From Fonticula alba ATCC 38817 (lineage: Eukaryota > Protista > Nucleariida): DNA of 30,461 nucleotides. A program made the translations under genes and the position numbers. The stretch lies in the NCBI GenBank assembly GCA_000388065.2, contig KB932207.1; one strand, 5' to 3'. This document shows positions 11,201-22,225 of the stretch, piece after piece (the stretch's first letter is position 1; each line of letters starts with the position of its first letter). Under the pieces are notes generated by a model. The model did no database searches. It worked only from the letters and a program-made list of their open reading frames with translations, and was not told where the DNA came from.

Positions 11201-14200
11201 AGATCTTCGACATCGCCCAGCTGGATGGGCTCCCTCGTAGCGAGGCCCAGCAGCTGCTCACGGACAATGACGATGCCGTGTTTGCCCTGCTGGATCGCAT
11301 GCTCTTCAACACCAACAACATGACCGGGCGCATGCGTGACATGGTGCGCGATTTGCAGCTGTACCAGGAGCTCCGGTACAAGCATTCGCACGATCTGAGC
11401 CAGTCGCTGCTGCCCAGCCGCCAGGAGACCTACCTGGCCTCCTTCGCCGCGCGCATGAAGGAGTTCCGCAAGCAGTACAGCGCGCTGCGCATTGACGGCC
11501 GGCCGGCCGAGAGCTTCACCTCCATCGGCCTCGGTGTGCTGGACCCGGCCAACACTTGGCTCGGGGACTTCTCCCTCAACCACCGGCACCGGTCGCTGAC
11601 GTCCACGCTGGCCAGCTTCGCCGAGGCCAGCCGCGGCCATGGGTCCGACAAGGTGGTCTTCTGGCCGGAGGAGACCGAGCATGCCAACCTCCGCGAGCGT
11701 GGTCGTCTTGGCCGTCGTGGGGCCGTGTCGCCGCGCGTGCGCGAGACCGATGACAGCGACAGCGAGGATGACTCCTTCGACGAGGTGCACCAGTCGACCA
11801 CCACTCCCCAGGCTCATGCCAAGCTGCTGAAGCGCACGATCGATTACGATGCGCGCAACAACATCGAGGAGTTGCATCCGCTGGTTCGCGACATGCTGGG
11901 CTCCATCTTCGGGGAGGGCCGCGCGCCGCAGCTGTACAGCCAGCTGAAGGACCCGAATGTCAAGCAGATGGCCGACTTCCTGAGTGTCATGCTGCAGGAG
12001 GTGGACTTCCATGGGAACCCGATGCCGGGCGCGGTGCAGAACCCGATGGCCATCCTGGCGGCGCACAAGTTCCTGGGGCTGGTGCGCGATGCCGCCCAGC
12101 GCGAGCTCAATGCCAACATCAACTTCGACTTCGACCCGACCCAGGTCATTGGCAATGCCGTCTACAAGAACTACAATGCCAGCGGGAGCTTCGACTTCTT
12201 CAACTACTATCGGGACATGCCGATCTTCGATGTGCCGCTGCCGCTGCCGTCGCAGTTCCCGGCCCTGGCCGCTCGCCAGCAGATCTTCCTGTCGGCCGTG
12301 TATGATGGTCGCCAGGATCAGCTTCTGCGCGCGCATGCCATGGGTGTCGAGGCCATCGACGAGCTGGAGACCCGCATGCGTGCCCGCTATCCGGAGCACT
12401 TCCCCGACGATCTGGACACCAGCCGGTACTACCGGTCTCGGGGGGACATCCGCCCGGAGATCCGGCCGCTGTTTGCCACCTTCGACAATCCGTCGGTCGA
12501 TCGCCATGCGCTGATGGCCGTGCCCAATGAGGAGGCCATGCGCATTGCGGCGGCCGGCTTCAACTATGCCTACAACACGGATGCCGTTTTCGATGAGATC
12601 TACGGCTCGGAGCTTTGGTCGACGCACTTCAGCGCGGACTTGCCCTTCAGCCTGCCGGAGCACCGGATCAACCTGCCCTACCGGTTGTCGCTGCTGCGGG
12701 AGCTCAATGACCGGGTGTTCTATGCCAACCGGTTTAAGTTGATCTTCGACATGATGAACGGCACGGCGGTGCCCTTCATCCCCAACACCATGAGCATCCT
12801 GCTGCCGGATACCGACCGGCACATGCAGATTCTGGCCAACTCCCTGGCCGGCCTGGGGCATCTGGATGCCGGGCGTAACATCAGCCCCGGCAGTGATCCG
12901 GCCACCTTCGGCCTGTATGTCGACCCGTCGGAGGAGCGCTCCCTCGAGGACGAGGAGGAATCCGACGAGGATGAGGATGACCCGCTGAACCCCAGCTATG
13001 TGATGGACTTCGGGTCGGCCGGGTTCGGTGGGGTTGTCCACCCGCACCAGCTGCCGGATGACGCCACCCGCGCGGACTTCGTCTTCATGCATGCGCTGGC
13101 CGACTACATGTCCCCGGGCAAGCAGATGTACAGCACGGCCGACACTCGGGACAGCTTCTTCCCGCCGACCGAGCGGCTGGACGTTGCTCAGTACTATGTC
13201 AACGACGATTCGGATTCCGATGAGGATTCCGACGGCTCGGATGGCTTTGATTCGGACCAGGGCGATGGCGGCCAGGGCGGCTCGTCCAGGCCTCGTCGCC
13301 GGGCTCCGCGCAACGACTTCGACTTCCCGCGCATGCCGCTGGGCAGCCGTGCCGCTCGGTTCCCCAAGTCCTCCCAGTACTTCTTCGATGGGAAGATCCG
13401 CCAGATGAAGATTGCCCGTGACAACCTCCATGCGGAGATGATGCACGCCATCGAGGGCCCGCTGGTGCCGTACCATGATGCCCCGTCATTGACCCCGGTG
13501 CAGGCGGCCCTGGTGCTGGTGCTGCGCATGATGGATGACATGATCCTGTCCCGGGCGCAGACGCGCCTGCCCCTGCCGGACTTCAAGCGCACCAACCCGG
13601 ATGGCACGCCGAATGACGCCCTGCCGCCGGCGGTCTTTGTCACCTTCAACATCGATGCCGACATCGACGATGTGGAGGACCTGACGCGCGAGCTGCCGGT
13701 CCCCATGACGAACCCCTTGTTCCATGGGTTCGAGAACTTCAACTCCGTGGACGAGGTGCAGACCTTCATCCGGCAGTTCACCCAGCACCCGAACATCAAG
13801 TTCCGGGAGGATGGCATCCAGCCGCACATTTCGATCGACCCCCTGCTGGAGGCCATCAAGGCCAGCGGCAAGAAGGAGGAGCAGATCAGCCCCCGCGAGC
13901 AGACCCTCATCCAGTATTCGATCGATGAGCTGAACAAGATCATCGATCACAACAATTACATGTATGAGCGCCTGCTCCTGCCGGCGGCCGAGGACACCCT
14001 GGACCTGTTCACTGCCCTGGATGAGATGATCCAGACCCGGCAGCCGGGCTCCGTGGGCGAGCTCATGACCATGATCGCCGAGGATGAGACCCTGGCGCCG
14101 ATGGTGTGCACCGATGAGGATGACCCGATTGCCTTCTACAACAAGCATGAGGGCTCCAATGCCCACACCTTCAATGTCAGCGAGCTGGCGTACAACCTGA

Positions 14201-14997
14201 CGGTCATGCGCACGGCCGCCGTGCTGGATGATGTCATTGTGCCGTCCTACCTGCAGGAGGCCTTCCAGCATACCAAGAACCAGCTGGAGCGCGTGTCCCG
14301 GGTGCCCACCTTCCGGACTCTGGATGATGAGGTGCCGATCCGGACGAACCTGCATGCCCTGCGCGCGCACGATCTCTACCATGTTTCCTTCATGTCGCCC
14401 GGCCAGCTGGATGGCGAGGTGGACCAGTTCCAGGCCTTCGCGGATTTGGCCGCCTCGGCCATGGCCCATTCGGAGATGGACCGCGAGCACAACCTCTTCC
14501 GGCTGAACACCTACATGCGTGGCATTCAGTCGAGCATGACCCTGCCGCTGCCGCATGTGGATTCCTCCTTCAATGCGTACAAGGATGTGGAGAACTTCCG
14601 CGAGCTGATGGACCTCGACCGGATTCCGGAGATCCGCGGTGAGATGCTGGACATTGTCCGGGCCGAGCGCGACCTCGTCACCCCGGAGAACATGGAGCAG
14701 ATCGAGTACCTGCTGCACAAGAACCACCGGCGCCCGCGCGACGACCCGAATGCCCGGGACCCGGCTCTGGTTGTGCGCAAGGACCCGGCCCCGGTGGACA
14801 ACCGCCATGTTCTGCAGTTCTGCGACACCTCCGAGTCCCGGAACTACACTCACACCTACCGCGAGCGCGATGGCACTCTGCGCCGTGCCACCCACAGCGA
14901 GAATGCCCTCCTCAACCACCCGCGCGACCGGGACCTGGCCCGGATGGATAACATCGGTGATGCCGTCCGCCAGGGTCACTTCATCCCCAAGAAGTGA
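8269..14997 (+). CDS. Giant hypothetical protein (~2114 aa) with a predicted mitochondrial presequence and an mS45/Bot1-like helix-turn-helix segment
   Basis: Model: join(8269..9600,9758..10021,10249..14997), both introns phase 0 with GTGCGT donors and CAG acceptors. Strong GC3 codon bias and globular-type composition support real coding (confidence refers to the CDS; the product call is about 0.5). The N-terminus MLHLASRRFAS...AARLFST has three Arg and no acidic residue before position 35. Exon 2/3 encodes MYHLNRLYPDIYTPNNLALLFNLRVREARNVLVIQQRGAELNKA|GYP. Confidence 0.9.
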
Positions 14998-15028
14998 TTT
15001 GGCGTGTGCCGGCTTTTTCTCCTTCTTT

Positions 15029-15181
15029 CCCCCCCCCCCCCCCCCCCCCCCCCCACCCCCCCCCCCACCCCCCCCCCCACCCACCCCCCCCCCCCCACCC
15101 CCCCCCCCCCCCACCCCCCCCCCCCCCCCCCCCCCCCGGGGGGGGGGGGGGGGGGTTTCCCCCCCCCCCCCCCCCCCCCCC
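15029..15181. repeat. Poly-C tract containing a G18-TTT-C23 homopolymer inverted repeat
   Basis: Seen directly; may be partly an assembly or base-calling artefact. Confidence 0.8.
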
Positions 15182-15631
15182 AGAGAAGGAGGTGGCGGAG
15201 AGCGGCGGAGCCGCTGGTGGGGTCGAGCTGCAGGCGGGCATGTAGGGAGAGAGGGGACGTTGTGCGCGCGTTGCCTTCTCGGGGGAAGGGCCGGCAAGGG
15301 TCGTCGGATGGCGGAGGGCACACCAGGCCTCCTTGCTTTGGTGCCCGCCGCCGTCCTGGCCTCCGCTGTCTCCTCCCTCCTCCCTCCCTCTCGCCGTCCG
15401 TCCTCGGTGCTTCCTCTAGATATTCCCCACTTGCTTCCTGTGCGCGCGCGCGCGCGCGCGCGCCCTCTCCCTCCTGGCCGTGTGTGTGTCCCCCGCCCCC
15501 TTCTTCCTCCTTACTGCCCCCCCCCCCTCCCCCCTTCTCCTGCTGCAAGGACACAATACACCCAAAGATAGATTCGACACACATTCGCCTGCGGGCTCCC
15601 CTCTTTTGCCTGGTCTTTGTCCGCGTTCTCC

Positions 15632-15668
<37 letters not shown>

Positions 15669-16290
15669 CCACCGCATGAGCCGGCGCGTCGCCTGCCCCC
15701 TTCCCCGAGACCGTGCCCTTAGCCGGGCTGAGGTGGCATGTCTGGCTGGCGGGGCAACATTCGAGGTGCCGGCGGATGGGCCGCCCCCCCGCCGGCCCCC
15801 GGGGCCCGACGTGGTGCCTTGGGCTCTCTCCATGTCCCCCGGGCGATCGACGCTAGCCGGGAGATTCTCTAGGGCGCCGAATGAGCGCGGCGGGTGTGTC
15901 CCTGCCGCGTTCACCCTTTCCCTCCATCCCGGGAGCCCATGACAGCCAAGCGAGCCCCCCCCCGCAAACCGAGCCCGAGGCAGCCTCGACTAGCGCGAGG
16001 ATGCGCGCGAGGGTGACGATTAACCATTCCCCCCCCCCCCCCCTGCCCGCAGGGCGTCTCTGGAAGTGCCCGGAGACAGATGTCCCGGACTGGAACCTAC
16101 TTTTTTTCTCTCTCCCTCCCTCTCCTCCCCTCTCGCTCAAGGGCCAGGGGCAAGAAGCCCACCCACCCAGTGGAGGTGGTCAGCCCGCTTCTCGCGCCTT
16201 CTCCCTCCCTCCCCTCCCCCCTCTTCCACCTCCAGCGCCCCTCCCCCCCCCCCTTCTCCGCTCTCCCTCATCCCATCCTTGCCCGTAAGA

Positions 16291-16725
16291 ATGTCCAGCG
16301 ACGGATCGTCTTCCTCCAGGCGCCAGGCCAACAATGTATGCCCTCCCGACCGCCGTCCTCCTGCCTCTCCCTTTTCCCTCCCCTCTGTCCCCCTATCGCC
16401 TCATGATTTCCCTCACCCACGCAACCGGGCCTGACCTTCCGCTGCTCTGCACCGGCTCCCCACCCCCCAAAGGGCTCCCCCCGCATCATGAACATGTCGG
16501 ACCTCATCCGGTCGAATGACCCCGGCGATGCTCCGGGCGAGAATCGCCACAACGAGTATTTCGCTGGCGGCACGCGCTCGTGCGTTCCACCTGTCCGGCC
16601 TCAGCTATGTGCCCATGTGCCTTTGCTAACCATAGCCGTCCACTGTCCGGGTCTCCCTTCCGCTTCCTCTCTCTCCCTCACACACACACACACACGCACA
16701 CGCACACACACACACACACACGCAC

Positions 16726-16761
<36 letters not shown>

Positions 16762-18379
16762 GTCGTCGGTCTGCATCCGCCTTTGCCGGCCAACGCACAG
16801 TGGCTTGGCCATTGAGGGCCCGGACCAGGGCCGCCCCGGTGATGCCCCGGCCGACCTCCGCAGCATGTTCCTCCAGCACGCCTACCAGAACCAAGTCCAG
16901 GCATCGTATGTTCCCCCCCCCCCCCNNNNNNNNNNNNNNNNNNNNNNNNNNNNNNNNNNNNNNNNNNNNNNNNNNNNNNNNNNNNNNNNNNNNNNNNNNN
17001 NNNNNNNNNNNNNNNNNNNNNNNNNNNNNNCACACACACATACACACGCCTGACCTCGCGCCCCTGCTGCCCATCCCTGGTCCTCGTCCTCCTCAACTCC
17101 ACCAGTGACACCGACAGCGCATACGACTCGCAGGAGGCGTCGACTTCCTTCACCGGGACCTCCTACCGCCTGGGGCTGGCCAACGGCTCGCCCAGCATGA
17201 GCCCCTCCACCTCCAGCCAGGGAGCCCTGAATGCCCAGTCGGAGGCGGCCCCCCAGTCCCGGCGGGTGTACCTCCTCATGTACACCGATGGGTTCGGCTT
17301 CTCCAACTCGGCTGAGGGCCCGGCCGAGCCGCTGCACTCCTTCGCCGATGAGGCATCTCACGAGCTGCTGCAAGTCGTCATGTCCGGGTACGCACATGGC
17401 TGATCCTCTGGCCGGTCGAGGGGCACCCTCCTGGCAACCTTCGCCTCCCTGTGCCGCCCGCTGCTGGCACAGCCACCGCAGCCACCGCAGCCACCGCAGC
17501 CACCGCAGCCATTGCCACAGCCGCCGCCGTCGTCGCCACCGCTCTCACGCCCAGTCGCCAGTCTCACTAACCAACCGCGCACCATGACGAAACAGGCGCA
17601 TCCCGCGCGAGCTTCTCCCCCGGCTCGGGGTTGCGGCCGACAGTCCCACCCTGCACACCGACATCCAGGTGGTTACCTTCAACCATCCGGCGCCGACCCC
17701 CCCGGCGCCGAAGTTCGCCGGGACCAGCCTGCGCCTGGGGTCGGCCGGCGGTGCTGATGAGGCGGCCGCCAACTCCATTGCCAATACCACCGACTTTTCC
17801 TCCCCGGCGGAGATCTCCCTGCCGGCCGGCAGCCCGGGCTCCTTCATGGTTCGCGTTCGCCTGGCCTCTGGCTCGAAGTACGCCACTGCTGCGCCCCTGC
17901 TCCCGGCCCTTTCCATGGTCCCCCTGCTGTGGGGGCCCCCCGACACGGTGCCTAACATGTCCCCTGCTCCTCGATCCGGGCCGATCCCGTCCGTGCGTGC
18001 TGGCCCAGCCTGACCGTGCGGCTTAATGACAGCCATACTGTCCTCGATCTGTACAACCACATCCGGGCGTACGTGTCCTCTCCATGGGCATGCGCGTGAC
18101 AGCCGCTCACGTCTTTCTCTGCCTTTTGCGCCGACGCCCCCACGAAAGCTGACATGCGTTTGCCCCCCCCCCCCCCCTCTCCTCGTCTCCCTCTCCCTTC
18201 CTCATCCCTGGCCCTGGCTCCCGCATCTACCTGGAACCAGCGTCAATTCCGACTCGAATCAGCGTCGCTTCATGCTGAAGAGCACTCTCCCGGGGTCGGA
18301 TGTTGTTGCGGACATCCAGAATGTCACGGTCAAGGGGGCTGGCTGGGCCGGGTCCACCCTGGCTCAATCGTGGCTGTGA
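16291..18379 (+). CDS. NSFL1C: p97/Cdc48 cofactor of the p47/Shp1/UBXN2 family (SEP + 2 SHP boxes + UBX), 7 exons, ~339 aa
   Basis: Model: join(16291..16335,16473..16579,16801..16905,17106..17387,17596..17877,18009..18068,18241..18379), phases consistent. Motifs: RIMNMSDL; NEYFAGGTRSGLAIEGP; SHP box FTGTSYRLG; SEP domain VYLLMYTDGF...PLHSFADEASHELLQVVMSGRIPREL; SHP box FAGTSLRLG; UBX domain VRVRLASGSNLTVRLNDSHTVLDLYNHI. An N-gap lies in intron 3. Confidence 0.88.
16679..16759 (+). repeat. (CA)n microsatellite with CG interruptions in intron 2 of the UBX gene
   Basis: Seen directly in the sequence. Confidence 0.9.
16926..17030. other. Assembly gap (105 N) between a poly-C run and a CA tract
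   Basis: Run of N. Confidence 1.
17470..17510 (+). repeat. 9-bp tandem repeat (CAGCCACCG)~4.5 in intron 4 of the UBX gene
   Basis: Seen directly in the sequence. Confidence 0.85.
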
Positions 18380-18587
18380 GCGCGCCCGCTCCGTGGCAAC
18401 CAGCAACCAGCCTTGTCCCTCCTTTGCCCCTTCCTCCCAGAAGAAGAGGGAGTGGTAGCAGGACGGGCCCGGGGGGGGGGGGAGGCATAAACGCCGCCCG
18501 TCCAACGTCCTCTGTGTCAACCTCGCCATCGCGCCCCCTCCCAGCCCGGGACAGGGCCGGGTCGCTGTGAGATCATCATGAACTTCA

Positions 18588-18593
18588 AATAAA
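18588..18593 (+). promoter_or_regulatory. Candidate polyadenylation signal AATAAA for the UBX gene
   Basis: AATAAA about 210 nt after the stop codon, in the convergent intergenic region. The motif is rare in this GC-rich window. Confidence 0.4.
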
Positions 18594-18830
18594 CCCGCAC
18601 CCGTGCATGTGCATACGTGTAAACATGTCCCTCTCTGGCTGTGCACATTCGTGGAGATGCGCACGCACAGTCACCCCCCCCCCCCCTCCCCCCCCCCCCC
18701 CCCCCCTCCAGAGGGGAGGGGGGTGGGAAAGCACGGGGCCGAGTCCCATTTGTGGATTTTGTATTATTTTTCTCCCCAGGCCTGCACGCGCTGGCGGCCG
18801 GCACAAGAGCGCGAAGACCCGGCCGCCCTG

Positions 18831-21800
18831 CTACATGATCAAGCATTGGGCCGAGGCCGAGGCCTTGATGGCGGAGATGCTGTCCCGGCGGGTTTTCAGC
18901 GGGGAGTTGAGCGCGTCGTTGGCCAAGCTGTCCAGCTTGTCCACATAGGTCATGGCGTAGTCGTTGATGTCCTGCCGCAGGGAGGCCTGCTCCTTGAGCA
19001 AACGCGCCAGCAGTGCCGCCAGCCGAGCAAGCTGCTCGGATTCGGCCGGGTCCGCCGCCAGCAGGGGATCTCCCAGCGTGGGGGATCGGGCCGGGCTGGC
19101 CTGCGTCGAGCGCTGCAGGATGCTTGCACGGCTGGGAGCGACGAGGGACACCTGCAGGGGGGGGGGGGAGGGGGGAGGCCGGGCCGGAGGTCAGAGGCAG
19201 AGCCCTTCAGAGGACAGACGGAGACCGGCCCCAGGGGCAGCAGCGGATCTCGAGGCGAGCAAAAAAAAAGGGGGAAAAGGAAAGAGACCACAAGCGAGGG
19301 AGGCCCCGGGACCCATGACGCGGTCAGGGGCCGGGGTGGTGTGGAGGCACGGCGTACCTCGATGTCGTCGATGATGTTGCTGATGATGTAGTTGGACATG
19401 GCATTGACGGTCCGGGTGTCGAACGCCTGCACGGTCTGGGCATTGGAGGCCAGATCCCCCGAGCTGGCCCCGGTGCCGGAAACACTGAGCAGAGCCTGCC
19501 GAGTGGTGACGGCCAGCGAGCGGTTCAGTCGCACCGGCGACGTGAGCGCCAGTCGATCGGAAATGTCCCGCGCCAGGGAGATCATCTCGCTGACGGTTCG
19601 CGGACAGGGCGGGGGGCTGGTCCGGCTGAAGACGGTCGACAGGTCCACCGGGTCCTCGGATCCGGGGGACGTGGGAGGCGCATGATTGACCAGGCGCGTG
19701 GTGGTGGTGGTGGTGGTGGTGGTGGTGGGAGCCCATGGCACGGACGCCGGCCGGCTGCTGGTTGGCAGCGGTAGCCCAGGGCGGTCACGCCGGACCGGGG
19801 CAGGGCTCGGGGCAGCCGCACCGGCCGCACCGGCCGCACCGGCCGCACCGGCCGCAGTGCCAGGCCCCGCGTCCGAGACCGGGTCGGAGGCCGAATCGAC
19901 CAGCCGATCATCATAGTCCGACATCGAGCGTGGAAGAGCCGCCTCACCGGCGACATCGGGGCCACCGGACGGCTCGGGCAGAAGCCCGGCAGCAGGCCCC
20001 CCGACGAGCGGGACCGCCGGTGAAGTGGGCCGCGACTCGTCCGGCAGATCGAGACTGCTGACGGTCAGCGGGTAGGCCGGCAGGGACGGCAGGACAGACC
20101 CCAGGGCGGCCGATGGATGCTGACCCCGGCTGGAGCCCAGGTTCGCCATGCTGACGCTCGCGCGGATCGGCGTTTGTACGATGTGCTCCGGCCGGCGAAC
20201 CGGCGACAGGCGCAACGGCGAGGAGGGCACACCCGCCGGGGCCGAGCCCTCAGGCAAGACTTCGCCGGCGGCCGCGAACTCCACCGCCAGCGAGCCAGGC
20301 CGGGCACTGCCAGCAGCAGCAGCAGCAGCAGCAGCAGCATCACCACCAGCCGTCCCGGTGTTCGATTCTCCAAGGTACATATCGAAGGAGGAAAACTGCT
20401 CGGCATCCGATGACCCGGCATCCTGAAGGATGCCCAACGGGTGCCCATGCTCCTGCTGCTCCTGCTGCTCCTGCTGCTGCGCATATTCCTCTTCGGTCAG
20501 CCAGTCGCCGACGGCCGCCGCGCCGAGAACCGATGCCCGGCGCTGGGCCGCCAAGCGCCACGCCTCGGCCTCGGCGCGTGCTTGTGACAACAGTTCCGAA
20601 TCTCGCAGAGCCTGCTGGTGCAGCTTGAAATTCGAGGCCGACAGCTCACGCATCGCATGGAGCAATGACTGCGCGACATCATTCGAGGCAAGCACCCGCG
20701 AGGCCGGAGGCAGGGCCGACGCCGAGGCCGGCACCACCGCCGGGGCAACTTGGTTTCGGCGAGCCGCCGCCGCCGTGGAGGGAGCCTTGGTCTTGGGGGG
20801 GGCCGGGGTCGAACCCGAGGTCGAGGCCGAAGCCTCGATGGCATCCTGCGCATGGGGCAGTTGGTGGAGCGAGGAGAAATCATCCTCAAAATCGCCGACC
20901 GTCTCGAAGAGGGACAGCGAGGGCGAGGAAGGCATGGAGGCTGTCTCCTCGGGCGGGGCATCCACCAGGGAGCCTGGGTCCGAGACCAGGCCCTCCGCCA
21001 GCAGGGCATCCGGCGCGCCATGCAGCGACGCTTGCACCAGGATGTCCGCCTCGCGCAGGAGGGCTGCCGCGTGAGTGGCCTCGGCGGCTGCGGCGATGGC
21101 CGGGTCCGGGCTCAGGACCCCGGCCATGGCACCGGCTGCCCGGCCGCTCGAGGGGGACGTCGGCTCGGACACATCCTCCTCGTCATCCATGCTGTCCCCG
21201 TCCATGTCCCCCATGCCGGGCAGATCCCACTGGCGAACCTCATTCATGACCAGGCGATTGCTGCTGGCCTGCCAGGTGAGCCGCCGACTGGGCGAGTCCC
21301 GGAAGGAGGGGCTAAGCTGGAGATTCGGATCGGCCAGCGCGCTGGCCCGTGGGGACATGCCCAGCCAGGGGTCGGCCCCGGTGATCCCGGCGCCCGGAGG
21401 GGTGCTGCTCAGCTGGGCGAAGCGATCTTCGGCGGCGCTTTGCTGCTGCCGCAGGGTCCGCTCAAGGATGCGGTTGTTCCGGCGCAGGCGTGACACCTCG
21501 GCCGTCAGTGGCCGGAGAGTATCGATCTCGGCCTCAAGATGTCCTGCAGGGAGGGGTGGCGGGAGATCAGCACAAGCCGCAGGGCAGTGAAGAAAAAAAG
21601 AAGGGAAAGCAGCGGAAGTGGAGCAAGGCCCAGGCGCACCCTTGTCCTCGACCTCGGACGAGAGCAGCCGCTCCGTGTGCCGGAGCGACCGCCGGAGGTT
21701 GGTGATCTCGGCCAATTGGCTGGCAGTCTGACCGTGTGGCAGACGGGCAGAAATGGCGCCCCAATGGGGCCAGTTAGCCGGTGTGGAGGGGCCCCGAGAG

Positions 21801-22172
21801 CGGGATCAAAAGGGAGGCCAAAACACAGCAACATCCGGACGGACGAACCTTCTTCTCCTGCGAGGTAAGCTGCTGCTCCATGTCACCGGCCCGGGCATTG
21901 GCCTGGGCCAGGTCGGCTCGTAGGTTGGTGATGGTTTGCGACTGGGACTTGGATTGGCGCTCGACCTGAGTCAATCGAGAGCCAACGTCAGCCAAGTCGC
22001 GCTGAGTGGCCACCAACAGCTATATTCGAGGCGAGGCGAGGGGGGAACGGGGGGGGGGGAGAGAGGATGGCACACATGGCGGGAGGGGTGAGCAGGACAC
22101 AGAAGAAACGACCAGGCAGCAGCAGAAGAGAGTACCGGCCGAGGAAGTGCAAGACGGTGGGCAGGTGCAGGG

Positions 22173-22225
<53 letters not shown>

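Noticed and set aside
8278-13476. Very long antisense ORFs (8278..9870 and 9922..13476, - strand; 530 and 1184 aa)
   Set aside because: They are shadow frames opposite a strongly GC3-biased gene, where antisense stops are depleted. Their composition (V/G/L/H/Q-rich) is what complementary codons predict, and they carry no motifs.
14976-16288. Pro/Gly-rich ORFs between the giant gene and the UBX gene
   Set aside because: They are translations of homopolymer and dinucleotide tracts with no coherent exon chain or homology.
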